DNA of 63,064 nucleotides, filler included, from Octopus bimaculoides (taxonomy: Eukaryota): assembly GCF_001194135.2 (NCBI RefSeq). It is 4 parts of 4 records of this genome, joined end to end, with 100 filler letters (N's around TTAATTAATTAA, not from the genome) between each part and the next. Parts side by side here need not be neighbours in the genome. Positions count along the whole stretch, not along the records: positions 1 to 21,219 come from NC_068988.1; 3 more parts are not named here. One strand, 5' to 3'. Shown here one piece after another: positions 1-13,521 of this stretch (position 1 is its first letter; every line of letters starts with the position of its first letter). Below the pieces are notes generated by a model. That model was not told the origin of the DNA. It saw only the letters and a list, made by a program, of their open reading frames with translations, and did no database searches. The position numbers and the translations under genes were made by a program.

Positions 1-429
1 ATATATATATATATATGTATGTATCAATATTTAATTACCACAATGTTATAAAAAATAATATCCTTGTAGAATATGCAAACAGTCGGACGTTATTCTAACA
101 TAGCCGTTTTCTAAAACGAAATATCTGTTATGATTCCGTCCTGTAGATTCGGACAGAACGCATCCAACTGTACATTTCCTTATGCATGTTGCTCTTTTTA
201 CGTTAATAGATGGAGAAATGGAAGATTTAAAGGTCCCTTATACCACGTTGAAGGAACGTTTCGTTATTTCCATATCGGCTTGACATCACTAGATATAGAA
301 TGAACCTATTTAATGTGTTCACTTGATAGTATAAATATTTACGTCATGGTAGTCTTTTACCATTTCCCCATCAATGTTTCAAATTAAAAGATCGATCTAC
401 ATGAAAAAAGTCTGTAGAAAAAATCTTAA

Positions 430-968
430 ATTCTGTATCTGGAGGATACTCGCAATTTTCGTGATTTGTTCTCTTCTCTGGAGATATCTTTGATCCATAG
501 TTCGCGCATTTTTTCTTCTACATTGCCAGTTGCTAGTTTTGATATTTCATCTTCAATTAGACTGTCGATTGCTTCATATTTGGTTTTATAACGGGATCGT
601 TTAGACAGGGTGATAGAAATGTCGGTCCTAAATTTTGTTAAGGCGAGATCCCATCGGAGTTTTGTTTCTTCCTCTGGTTCTCCTCTAATTTATTTAATTA
701 GGTACTTCCGAGGAGGTATGGGTGCCGTTAAGGAAATCCATTCTGAGTGTGTTTCGACATATTTTTCGCATTTATATGCTTTCCAGAAGTTTTGTTTTCT
801 TATATTGAGAGATTTCTTCCATGTCTGCCAAATTTCTTTTCTTTTTCGGTGAGCTTCGTTTTCCAGATTTCTTTCATTTATTTCTGATATCCACGGAGGT
901 TGTGGTAGATTTTCTTTGGTAGACTTTATAATTGTTGGTATGATTTCCGTGCTTGATAAATAACGCAC
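430..968 (-). pseudogene. Degenerate coding relic, probably a retroelement ORF1-like protein (family unassigned)
   Basis: ORF 690..968 continues in frame past one stop: ...PPRKYLIK*IRGEPEEETKLRWDLALTKFRTDISITLSKRSRYKTKYEAIDSLIEDEISKLATGNVEEKMRELWIKDISREENKSRKLRVSSRYRI*. That gives ~180 codons of non-repetitive, helical-looking protein with a single internal stop. Confidence 0.4.
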
Positions 969-2588
969 TCGGGATTGTCCGCAATGAATAGTTCACAAGT
1001 CTATGAAGATTTTCTGTTAAAGTATGCATTAAACTTTTCCTATCATATCCTCGAAGATGGTCTGTTGGCCTGATTTTGACATGTATTGATGGAATTGCGG
1101 TAATAAAGGATTTTAATATTACGTCTCAATGTCTCTAAAATCACTAGTGCTAAAGAAAAAAAAACAACAGAAAAGATAGGGAATCAGAAATGTGTTGTTC
1201 AAAGAGCTGGTATTTAAGAAAAGGAAGGGCTGAAAGTACTGTTAATGTGGTGAATATTTAGTGTTACACGAGATTAAGTTGATCTGAAAAATGATGGTCA
1301 ATGTAGTGTGGTGGAAACGTCAGTGTGATTTGACAGCTCTTCTATTTGGTAGATGTAGTAGTGACTTCGCTGATGACTTAATAAAATATGTTCGTCTTAC
1401 TTTAACTGCAGCCGTACTAAATGAGAAAAAAAAAGTTTGGACTGCTTTCCTGGTTTAAAAAAAATGAAAAAAAGTGATATTTGTGAGTGAAAGTGCCAAA
1501 TATCTCGGTTAAATACGTGAGATATTATCGGAGATTTATTACTACAAAATATATTTACTACAAAAGAAAATCCGTTCGGCATTATTTCTTATATTTATTT
1601 ATGTATATTTTTAGAAAAGCAAAAAAAAAATATCATGAAAGAATGTTTTCTTTGTAAAACTAATCTATTTTCAAGTCACATGCAATTTCGAAATGGCAGT
1701 GAGATAATAAGAATTATGCTTGGAGTGTCTTTCTTGAATATTTTGAGTGTAACATTATAACAACTTGTATGAGTTTTCTTACTTTCAGTGTTTCTTTTCA
1801 CTGAATACAAGCGTATCGACAGAATTGTATTTAAAGGATTAAAAAAAAAAGACGGGGAGATAAAATACACATTCTTTTCATGATGATACAAAAGATATTT
1901 ATAAAAGGAAAATACAAATACTGCGAATATCATGTAGGAAATGCTTAGAACAAAAAGTACTATTCGTAACAGTTCTATTCTTGTTTCGAAATATTATACA
2001 AAAACGAGCTATAAAATCGATTCGCTTCAGTGTATATTACTCTATTAGATGTGGTCATTGTCATATATGCCAGCGAGACTTGAGCATTCTTTCCTAATTT
2101 ATAACAGAGATAAAACACTGTGATGTAATAACTTCATTATTGGCTTCATCGTAAAGACAGTAGAAGTAGAATTTATTTTGCTTTTGAAGGGGAATAAGCA
2201 ATGAGGAAAAGCTCGTGAGAAATAAGAGTCGTGCACAAATAATTTTATGGGAGTAATCTTCACATTATTATATAAGTTTTATAATAATGTGCAGGAATTA
2301 CATCCGTAAAAAATATTTAGCATAAAAAAATAATATTATAATGATTAATTCGGGTAATATAGATATATTTTTGTATAACCACACAAACACTACATCATTG
2401 CACTGAATTATATCTTCTGTTCATATGATAATTTTTATGTATTATTTTTGTGTGTGCCTGTTTCTTGATGTATTACCAGTATGTATATGCATTTATAAAC
2501 ATAGTATACACAAATGCGTTTGTGCTAATCTAGTAAGACGCAGGTTTGTATGTAAATGCACATATATCAATAAGCATAGTCTTTTGCT

Positions 2589-2596
<8 letters not shown>

Positions 2597-2648
<52 letters not shown>

Positions 2649-2665
2649 TGTGTGTTTGTGTGTGT
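2597..2665. repeat. (GT)n microsatellite running into an assembly gap
   Basis: Direct reading. Confidence 0.95.
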
Positions 2666-4768
2666 NNNNNNNNNNNNNNNNNNNNNNNNNNNNNNNNNNN
2701 NNNNNNNNNNNNNNNNNNNNNNNNNNNNNNNNNNNNNNNNNNNNNNNNNNNNNNNNNNNNNNNNNNNNNNNNNNNNNNNNNNNNNNNNNNNNNNNNNNNN
2801 NNNNNNNNNNNNNNNNNNNNNNNNNNNNNNNNNNNNNNNNNNNNNNNNNNNNNNNNNNNNNNNNNNNNNNNNNNNNNNNNNNNNNNNNNNNNNNNNNNNN
2901 NNNNNNNNNNNNNNNNNNNNNNNNNNNNNNNNNNNNNNNNNNNNNNNNNNNNNNNNNNNNNNNNNNNNNNNNNNNNNNNNNNNNNNNNNNNNNNNNNNNN
3001 NNNNNNNNNNNNNNNNNNNNNNNNNNNNNNNNNNNNNNNNNNNNNNNNNNNNNNNNNNNNNNNNNNNNNNNNNNNNNNNNNNNNNNNNNNNNNNNNNNNN
3101 NNNNNNNNNNNNNNNNNNNNNNNNNNNNNNNNNNNNNNNNNNNNNNNNNNNNNNNNNNNNNNNNNNNNNNNNNNNNNNNNNNNNNNNNNNNNNNNNNNNN
3201 NNNNNNNNNNNNNNNNNNNNNNNNNNNNNNNNNNNNNNNNNNNNNNNNNNNNNNNNNNNNNNNNNNNNNNNNNNNNNNNNNNNNNNNNNNNNNNNNNNNN
3301 NNNNNNNNNNNNNNNNNNNNNNNNNNNNNNNNNNNNNNNNNNNNNNNNNNNNNNNNNNNNNNNNNNNNNNNNTTTAGATCTCTACCAAGTATTTGGTAAA
3401 AATATTGTCCCTGTTATCAACGTAGGAAAATTCTCATATCAAAAGTTGTCTATCAGACAATTTTGTGTGCATATCAATTTAAATAAGAGCCATTACGCGA
3501 TCCACCGTAAAAGCTTTTTAATAACCTATGCATATTTCAATGCAATATCCTGACTAACTCTTGTCTGAGATTAAAAAAAAATGGGATCTTGCATCTCTTC
3601 AGAGTCAAGTTTCATTAATTCATAGCTGACATCAACAACAGACAACATTAATTTCGCAAACCATTTCCCCTTCAACCACTTCGCCCCAAAATAGCGAAGA
3701 AGACAAATACAAAAATCACAAGCCCGTAGGCAAAAACAGCAACGGTATTTAACTAATTCAACAATTCACATCACAGGTTCACCCTCGCTGGAGAATCTTC
3801 AACAAATACAACAAAGTATAACAAAACTTGCTTCAACCCGAATCAAAAATGATTTAACAGAAAAACCACGCTGCTTTACAGCTCACCGAATCTCTCTCCA
3901 CACACTCTACGTATTCCCATTTATATGATGGCACAGTCCATTAGGAGCCAACCAAATAGGGATGTTCTACTTCCACACAACAGTTTACAATAATATGGCT
4001 AAAATTACATATTATCAATAAGTAAGATATTTCATAAGAATAATCTAATATTATTATTATCATTCTCTTAATTAGGTTTAGATAGAGTAAAACTTGTATA
4101 TTTGTAGATTAATCTTACTTCCAATCTACTGTAATATACTAAGTATTCATTATTGACAATTGGTTTTCCTGTGGTCGGAAGGACTCTAGAACGAAAATGG
4201 TATACGTTTTAGAGTAAAGATCTATTTTAAATGGAATAGTGTTAATGTTTTCGAAAAGCATTCATAAAAGTCTAACACATTTTCGAATTTTCAGTATTAC
4301 TTTGTTTGCAACAGCCAGTAACAATTTTCTAGAAAAGCATTCGGTGAATGTGCTGAAGTTTTCTTTTCAGCCCATTCTTAATCATGGAAATGGTGTTTTG
4401 CCATATTCTACATGCTTTCTGTATTCATATCATGTATGTCATAAAATTATTGGGACATTACATCATGCGTCATGGACATAATAATTTGAAACTACTTCAA
4501 ATGATTAATATAGAAAAATACATAAAAGGAAAATAATATGAACGTATAATTCCCATAATCTTTTCAAGTGATATAAAATTAGAATTCAGTTACAAGTTTT
4601 GTAAGTATTCTAAGAATCTCTCTAGCGAGTATTTGTCAGTGTTGATTTGTTTTCTGACAGAACATGTACATCAATGCGTCTTAAATATGAAGACCAAAAA
4701 TAGTTTGAAAGATATATTTTCTTCTTGAAAGATATAATCCTTGCTAAATCAAGCCAGATCTGTTTGGA

Positions 4769-4980
<212 letters not shown>

Positions 4981-6424
4981 TGACAAAATTTATTATTTAA
5001 AAACAAATCCATGTGGAAGGCAGAACAACTATTTCTTAAGGATTGCAGCCTGATACTTCGTGATTTAAAAGCTTAATAGACTATATATTTTTACATTGAC
5101 GGAAAACTATCTAGCATGTAACTGATATCATGTTTAAACGTTACAGATGAGACTGAATGGTGGAATAGCCTAACCAATACGCTTAGTGAACTGGAAATAA
5201 ACTATAACTATTCTTCACATGCCAGGAAAACATACTGCTGTATTTGCTCACACTGTGGTTTTGTGTAGCAAAAATCATTGAAATTACAGATTTAAAAAAC
5301 AATAAATACTTGGAATAGAAACAACAAAAGAGAAGAAAATGTGTATCAATATACAACGAATTTGCAAAAGAAGCACGAGATGATATAGAAAGTTAAATAG
5401 CAATACTAGAGATAAATGAATATATAAATATTAAATATATAAAAGAACAAAATAAAGTGATAGAGAAACAAAGAGTGGTAGCGAAATTAAAGGAGAGCCA
5501 TCGAGGAATGAATATGAAAAGGAGAATAGTAATCCGAAAGCAGAGAGAAAAAACAAAGAACGAATATAAAAAGAAATCTAGAAGACATGTTAGCTCAGTA
5601 AATATGTAAGTCTGAAAGGATTATCATAGAAAAAGAAATTGCATTTGGTCTTTAGAATTTTAGAAAATATTAGAGTTTCTATTAATGGAAATTATCTTGG
5701 CGATAAACAAGATTATTACATTTATTTCAGAATAAAGAATTTTTGACACATATAAAAAAAAAAAGTGATGCTGTACACAATAGGAATATCGTGTGTATTT
5801 TAATGGAGAATAAATCATTTTCCGCTAACCTTTGTGTACAGTTTTCTGAAATTAAAAGTATTTTAATATTATGATTTGTTCATTTTGATACATTTTAAAA
5901 TAAATGTCCCTCAAAAAGCAAAGACATCAAGTAAAAAATTTGTTTAATTTAATTGATTTTCATCGCTAAGAATAAATAATAGCAAAATCGATCAGTATTC
6001 CCGTTTTGCATCTAATTCTTTCTATACAATATTTTGTTACTGCAATATAATCAACACACTGAATATGTGTGCGTGTATATATATGTATATATATATACAT
6101 ATATGTGTGTGTGTGTGTGTGTATGTATGTGTGTATATGTGTGTGTATGCATGTGTGTATATATATATGTATACACACACACACGCACACACACACACAC
6201 GCACACACACACACACACACACACACGCACATATATATNNNNNNNNNNNNNNNNNNNNNNNNNNNNNNNNNNNNNNNNNNNNNNNNNNNNNNNNNNNNNN
6301 NNNNNNNNNNNNNNNNNNNNNNNNNNNNNNNNNNNNNNNNNNNNNNNNNNNNNNNNNNNNNNNNNNNNNNNNNNNNNNNNNNNNNNNNNNNNNNNNNNNN
6401 ATATATATATATATATATATATAT

Positions 6425-6990
6425 GTGGAGGGCAAGCTGAGGATTTGGGACGTTAGCTGTAGTGGACAGCTGAATAGAAATTTCAGGGAAAAGGTCATTC
6501 GTTGTGAAGATTGATGACTGTAAATTGGTTTGCGAATTTTTTGAGCATTCGCTAATGTACCTAGTCTTTTGGTGCGAATTTCTGATTTCAGTTTGTTGCC
6601 CTATATTTCACTTTAGACTACACTAGTGACTGTAGTCTCCTTTTTGCAGATAATGTAATAGTATTTGGCTGTATTGCGTCCCTCAAAAACGGTTAGCATC
6701 ACATTTACTGTGGAGGGCTTAGCTTTGAATTTTTTTGCAGACGGTTTAGCGTGCTTCTACTTCATTCCCTGCCCTTTGGATTCTGGTTTGACGTGGTGGA
6801 TCCAGGCCACAATATGATTCTTTTCTTGAAGAAAGTCTCACCTTTCCAGTTGTTGCGAACGCTGAATGTCTCACCAGACAATGCTGAGAGATTAGAACCG
6901 TAAATTCTTCAAATCTTATATGCCTTTGGGTCGAAGCTCGATTGGAGTTACATTTATTCCCAATAGTCAAGAACTTTTCTCTCACACCTT
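6425..6990 (-). mobile_element. Degenerate mariner (Tc1/mariner DD34D-type) transposase fragment
   Basis: Minus-strand translation: ...WIHHVKPESKGQGMK*KHAKPSAKKFKAKPSTVNVMLTVF...KKETTVTSVV*SEI*GNKLKSEIRTKK. This follows the mariner pattern DETWIHHYxPESKxQSMxWxH...KKFKxxPSAGKVMLTVFW...TV..LKxAIRxKR. It carries multiple stops and frameshifts. Confidence 0.8.
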
Positions 6991-7098
6991 TAGACACCTT
7001 CAGACACACACAGCAGTGCACACATTTGCATACAAGCTTTCAAACAGATACACACATTCACACTAACGCATGTACATTTATAATTTTCAATCTTAGGC

Positions 7099-7103
7099 TC
7101 TTT

Positions 7104-7137
<34 letters not shown>

Positions 7138-7205
7138 NNNNNNNNNNNNNNNNNNNNNNNNNNNNNNNNNNNNNNNNNNNNNNNNNNNNNNNNNNNNNNN
7201 NNNCT

Positions 7206-7240
<35 letters not shown>

Positions 7241-7306
7241 TGCTAAATACAATGTGAATTAGGCATTTTTCTCTCGCTCATTTTCTCTCTCTCTCTTTCT
7301 CTCTCC

Positions 7307-7335
<29 letters not shown>
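7099..7335. repeat. (CT)n microsatellite cluster around a gap
   Basis: Direct reading. Confidence 0.9.
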
Positions 7336-7337
<2 letters not shown>

Positions 7338-7770
7338 ATTCAACTTGTAGCATATGACAGATTACGGCGTGATATTTAGCGTACCGAACCTCAACCTCTG
7401 CACATATACGACATTCTACTATTTCTTCCTTATTGCATTGATTCTTCTGCTTAAAAGACAATTTCTGTGGCTCCCTCAATTCCTTTTGCCGTTTTCTTCT
7501 AGTTTGCATCTTTTGTACAATATCATTATTTTCTTTTTTTCTTTTTCAGATCTTGCAATTTTTTTACCAACTGCATTGAATTTTCTACTCGTCTTTATAT
7601 TCAAGCCATTGTTTTCCAGTTTCAGATTTCTTGAGTAAATCCTGTCGTTGCTTCTATACGGCAAAACTGTTTTCCACAACCGATTTATTTGTGTACACTT
7701 GAATACTAATGTGTAACGTCACCTACCTTCTGCTTGTCATCAGATGTATGTCTTCAATATTGTTAGAGAA

Positions 7771-7898
7771 GGAGGCGAGAAACGTTAGCACGCCGGGCGA
7801 AATACTTTGCGGTATTTCGTCTGTCTTCAAGTTCTGAGTTCAAATTCTGCCGAACTCAACTTTGCCTTTCATTTTTCGGTGTGGATAAATTAAGTATA
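7771..7898 (+). mobile_element. SINE family A (tRNA-derived, Nin/Deu-like core), 3'-truncated
   Basis: GTTAGCACGCCGGGCGAAAT...GAGTTCAAATTC (B-box)...TTTGCCTTTCAT...GATAAATTAAGTA; matches about ten other copies in the window. Confidence 0.8.
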
Positions 7899-7921
7899 TA
7901 CGTGTTTGAATGTATGCATAG

Positions 7922-8252
7922 TGTGGAGGGGCAATGGTCCAGTGGTTAGAGCAGTGGACTCTCGGTCGGAGTATCGCGGTTTCGTTTCCTAGACCGGGCG
8001 CTGTGTATGTTTATTGAACGAACACACCTAAAGTTCCACGAGGCTCTGGCAGGAGGTGGTGGCGACCCCTGTTGCACTCTTTTGCCCCAACTTTCTCTCA
8101 CTCTTTCTTCCTGATTCTTGAGCAACGCTGCGATGGACTGGCGTCCCGTCCAGCTGGGGAGGGAAACACATATGCCGTTGAAACCGAGAAACCGGGCTCA
8201 TGTGTCTGGCTAGGCTTTAAAAGGGCGCAAAAAAATAAAAATAAAATAAAAT
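7922..8252 (+). mobile_element. Full-length tRNA-derived SINE with V/Meta-like core and 13-bp TSD
   Basis: A-box TGGTCCAGTGG and B-box-like GTTTCGTTTCC; core GCGATGGACTGGCGTCCCGTCCAG...AGAAACCGGG; (AAAAT)n tail; perfect TSD AATGTATGCATAG at 7909-7921 and 8253-8265. Confidence 0.85.
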
Positions 8253-9039
8253 AATGTATGCATAGCAAGTGGAGTAAGAGCACACAGGAAAACCTAAAGT
8301 GTCGTGGAAGAGGTCACATATGTGTGACAAAAGATTTCAGGGTAACGGATATGAGTTAAAATAAAAATGATAATAAACGAGTGAAGAGCAAATATGTAGT
8401 AGGTATATATTATCTGGTAAAAATAAACAATAATACATAAATACAACTATATATATATATTTTCGTTGATAGTCTGTGACACATGTAAATACTTATGATT
8501 AATGTTGACAGGTGGTATCCTATGTGCGGTGGAATATTTATTTATGTGAAAATGGACGATAACATTCGAAAATAGAGATCCATGATACACACATGAATAT
8601 TGATGTAGTTGGTGGATCTATACAACTCACACCTCTAATCACAATGAAATGCAAACACTCGGCAGAGTCGTGTTTCGTTGACTCAAGCAAATAGTAAAAT
8701 GATGTATTTCCCTGTGTGCATGAATAAATAAAAAAAATGTAGTATGTTCATATTACACTTTGCAGATATCTGCATGTTTAATGGTATACGTCCAATGACA
8801 ATGTGATAACATGCAGCTACTGGAGAAACCGATCGAAATAAACTGATCATAATATTTGGCCATTACACAGCATTTACGTTATTTCTGATTTTCTAACGCA
8901 ACGGAGAGTTAGCAGATAATACCATGAATTTCAAAGACATGTAGATAATGATGTTCGTAATCATATCCCTAATACATTATCAAAATACTTCTACTTATCA
9001 TCCCTCCCCTTTGCTATCCTCAACCACTTCCTCCTTCAC

Positions 9040-9042
<3 letters not shown>

Positions 9043-9078
<36 letters not shown>

Positions 9079-9135
9079 CTCCTCCTCCTCCTCCTCCTCC
9101 TCCTCCTCCTACTACTACTAATAATAATAATACTA
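9043..9135 (+). repeat. Compound (TAC)n-(TCC)n-(TAC)n-(AAT)n microsatellite
   Basis: Direct reading. Confidence 0.9.
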
Positions 9136-10251
9136 TAGTCACTGTTGTAATATTTTATGGTGGAATTCGTCAAATATATATATTACCTATACATCTCTCC
9201 CTCGATCTGTGTTTGTGTACAGACACACACATACACTCATATATATATAAGCAAATGTGGGGATAAATAAATTAGACTCATGAATGTATAAATATATTAA
9301 ATAATTTATATATTGATCTAATTTACTTATCCTCACATCTGTTTCTATACCCCTTCATGTATGAATATTTTGAGCGCTACGAAATGTATTCTATACAGAG
9401 AACTGCTACATAACAGATACACCGATTGATTTATGCGGAGACACAAATATTACGCAGAGTGCGTCTTCTCTTTATACATACCACAAAATATTTCCTTCTT
9501 TCCCGTCAATACAGATTTAAAGTTATTATCAGAGAATATAAAGGCTCCCTTTCCCAGAATGCATTATTTATCATTTACTAAACAATTGAAATTTTGAAGG
9601 TGACGTTAATCCGTGACTCCTTAATGTAATAACATAATTTGGCTGCTACTTGAGTCTAATTCCGTGTCTGTATGTACGCTTTCATACACATATGTATAAA
9701 GGGATTATCTATAGCAATCAAGAGAAATTGTTTAATCAGGGAAGTGGAAGTTGGTATATTTAGTGAATGTTATTGTGGAGAAATTTCACGTTCCAGTCAG
9801 TAATGTCTTCATACAAGTTTCTGCTCTATACATTTTTAAAAATAGAGAATAGTGGCAAATATTTCTCCGGAATTATACGGTCTCTTTTCTCCATCGGTAA
9901 TGAAAGATTATAGGAAGCTCTAACTGCTTCTTTATCTGAAATGTATATATTTTTACATTCCTTGAAAATATTGTTACACTTTCTGAAATTTAAACTTTCA
10001 TACTTTCAGAGTTATTACATATACGATGTAATCAAGCATAGTACATCACTATGCACTAGTGAGTACACTACATGTGAGAAATAATATTTAAATAAAAGTT
10101 TAGAGACATAGAAATGGAATTTTACTAATAGACTTCCATTCCATTTTGTGCCCTGCCGAAATCTCCATATTTTCATATTTATTGAAAAACATTTTATTTT
10201 ATTTCTGTAATTTGAATATATTACTCTTTCATTTATAAAACAGTTTCTTTA

Positions 10252-10418
<167 letters not shown>

Positions 10419-10765
10419 TGCAAGAAATATGGACTTGACAGGGCAAAACTTTGGTACGAACATAAACCCGAAGACATCACGGAAAATGATAATGCGATCT
10501 TAGGGGATTTTATGATCCCGTGCGACCATGAGATAGAGAATAGGAAAGCAGTCATAATCTTAATGAGAAAATGCAAACGATGCTGGATCACAGATATAGC
10601 ATGCCCATCTGACAGCTAGGTATGCGATAAAGAAGAAAGAAAAGTCGAGAGATATGACAGGTTAGCTTGGGAGGTTAAGCAGTTGTAGTCGATGAAAAAG
10701 GTGGTTGAAGTACCAATAACTGTCGGAGCCCTGAGAATAGTGAGTAAAAATATTGAGTATATTTT
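10419..10765 (+). mobile_element. R4/Dong-clade LINE fragment, restriction-like endonuclease domain
   Basis: Translates CKKYGLDRAKLWYEHKPEDITENDNAILGDFMIPCDHEIENRKAVIIL...ITDIACPSDS*VCDKEERKVERYDRLAWEVKQL*SMKKVVEVPITVGAL, the typical RLE C-terminus. Confidence 0.85.
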
Positions 10766-10769
10766 GAAT

Positions 10770-11195
10770 TATGTCCTGATTTGAACTTTGGCCTCATGTC
10801 ATGTCTTTTAAGATTTTTTAGTTGCCATTCACTGTTTCCTATAAGGTTTCCATGAATCAGATGTTTCATATTGGAACATTGTAAGAGTATTTTACGTTAG
10901 ATTTTGTAGTATGGTACGTGTTGGTCACTCTTGGATTATGAGTGTTAATAAAAAGAATAATATGTTTTTCAATTTAAGAGGAGTGTTGTCTGTTGCATGT
11001 TCTCTAGTATTATCGTCTTCATAATTCAATCTTTTAACGTGAAGAGATGATTCTGGTTTTCGTTTTGCGAACTCTCTATGTATACTGTATCGAATCTGAC
11101 TTACTTTCGGATCAAGTACCGTTGCACAAATACGTCTTGCTATAATATATTGAATGCTCCGTTTGATGTGTGAAGAGTAGGAAAATTACCTGTAA
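10770..11195 (-). mobile_element. Penelope-like element relic (RT thumb/linker region)
   Basis: Minus strand gives HIKRSIQYIIARRICATVLDPK (PLE pattern HxKxxIPYxxARRICTIVSD) and EWQLKNLKRHDMRPKF (cf. KRQPKNLKRLLTRAKF). Confidence 0.6.
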
Positions 11196-11261
11196 ATAAA
11201 TCGTTCATGGCGGTTATCTCCTAGAGAGATGAAAGCGATAGATAAATAATCATCTATCTAT

Positions 11262-11298
<37 letters not shown>

Positions 11299-11902
11299 CT
11301 TATGGATATATATATATATATATATGTTGTGTGCGTGTGTGTGTGTGTGTGTATGTGTGTGTGTATGTGTGTGTGTATGTGTGTGTGGAGAGTGTGTATG
11401 CGTGCCTGTACGTGAATGTCTGTGCGTGTGAAAGATAAATATTATCTGACAATAATTGTTTCGAATCTAAACAATTAGATTATCCAAATTTTAGCTTAAA
11501 ACAATTAATGTCAAACATTAATCGGAATTCTGTAAATTTCATATTTCTTGGGCTACTACGTGAGAATGTGTTCTAATATATCGTCAACAATATCATAAAT
11601 ATGTAAGCATCAATTTCAAAAGTAATGTGTATAATTCAAATATTTAATGTGCATCATTTGAGAGAGAAATGATGAAACTTCCTGTAGTTTATTTCAATGC
11701 ATTTTCGCATATTCTTGCATGATTTGCATAATTTAAATCACCAACGTTGACGTAATATAACTAAATGTGATGTATACATACACACATATATGTGTGTGTG
11801 GGCGTCTGTGTTTGTATGTGTGTGTGTTTGTATGTATATATACGTAAATATATACATATGTATATGTATACATATACATATACATATATATATATATGTA
11901 TG

Positions 11903-11960
<58 letters not shown>

Positions 11961-12015
11961 CATATATACATATATAACATAATAAAGGTATATGCACACC
12001 CACGACTATAGACCT

Positions 12016-12101
<86 letters not shown>

Positions 12102-12846
12102 GTGTGTGCGTATGTGTGTGTGTGGAAGTGAGTGAGTCGTTGTATACTAATATATATATATAAACATATATAACAATTATTACCGGGTCTATATAGCATA
12201 TGAAACATAAACGTATTCTTGTGAAAACCGATCGCATGGAAACACTTTGATAAGCCTGTTATTATATGATATAAGCCATGATCCCTTTGATACCTTAAAA
12301 CTGATCAGCTATTCTCAGCATGTGCTGGCTTTAAGGGTTCTGTCAAATTATGACATTCAAAGGGAGAATTTTCTAAACGAACAGAAACTAAATAGAACAA
12401 AATTCTGCGGTTCATATCTTTCTGTACAAGGAAATTCAGAGCTGAGAAAATGTACTATGGATGCAGGAAATATTTACACATCGTTATTTCATCGATTAGA
12501 TGAAATGGGCAATAAAAGCAAACAGCTTGAATCGATTTTGATATCCAAATCTACACATTGATTGGTTCGGAAAGCAAAATACATGATGAGCTCAAAGACA
12601 TAAACATGCGTGCATGTGTCTGCCTGTGCGTAGTCTGTGTGTGAGTGAGTACATATCTGTGCGCGTGCACGTGTGTGTTTGCATGAGTTTCATGTGTCTA
12701 TGTGGGGAGTTTTAATTTCATGCTTGCTGCTTTTTCACGCGTCTGTTTCCAATTCCCTGCGATATATATACATGCGTACGTTGTTTTCGTCGTTTCAGTC
12801 AATTGACTGCGGCCATGGGTATATAGGTATATATATATAAATATAC

Positions 12847-13023
12847 ATAGTCAAATGAATAATAACAGACGATGGATAATTGTCACCTTATTGCAACAGT
12901 TTCTAAACCATATTTCCTAATGACTACCACGAAGATTTAGGACCTTGTACGCAAGGCAATACGTAAGAAGCAGCTTTACTAAGCTGACAACTATCCATCA
13001 TCTGTTATTATTCATTTGATTAT
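12847..13023. mobile_element. MITE with ~40-bp terminal inverted repeats, TA-flanked
   Basis: Left TCAAATGAATAATAACAGACGATGGATAATTGTCA; reverse complement of right TCAAATGAATAATAACAGATGATGGATAGTTGTCA. Confidence 0.7.
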
Positions 13024-13429
13024 ACTACACCAACGAAATTTACAACTTGTCGGACACCCTAGAGTATAGCAAGAATGTACAATTCAACGTAAGGCGTACT
13101 TTGGACCAGTCCTAGGCGCTACATATTTATAAGTTTGCACACTGACACACACATACACATACACACATACAAAAACACACATGCACAAACACACATACAC
13201 ACACACACACAGATGCATATGTGTGTCTGATTGTGTCTGTGTGTGCCTGTGTGTGTATGGATATATGCACGCAGGCATATATATTTATATGTAACTTTGA
13301 CATTAGTGATGTTAATATAGATAACCATATTCAAAGCCTATCATGCAATCATATGCACTACGTGAATGTTCGTTCGTCCCTACCCTATCTTTGATTAATA
13401 ATAATAATAACAATAATAATAACGTCTAT

Positions 13430-13443
13430 TATTATTATTGTTG

Positions 13444-13520
<77 letters not shown>

Positions 13521-13521
13521 T
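13430..13521 (+). repeat. (TTA)n microsatellite
   Basis: Direct reading. Confidence 0.95.

Noticed and set aside
3590-4020. LTR- or 5'UTR-like segment on the minus strand with a TATA-like motif
   Set aside because: No second copy, TSD, PBS or downstream ORF is visible, so it cannot be classified.
5147-5268. Possible terminal exon DETEWWNSLTNTLSELEINYNYSSHARKTYCCICSHCGFV* after TTACAG
   Set aside because: Weak acceptor, no recognisable homology, and a length reachable by chance.
7922-8000. tRNA gene calls at SINE heads (also 33140-33218)
   Set aside because: A/B boxes are present but there is no complete cloverleaf; they continue into SINE bodies and tails.
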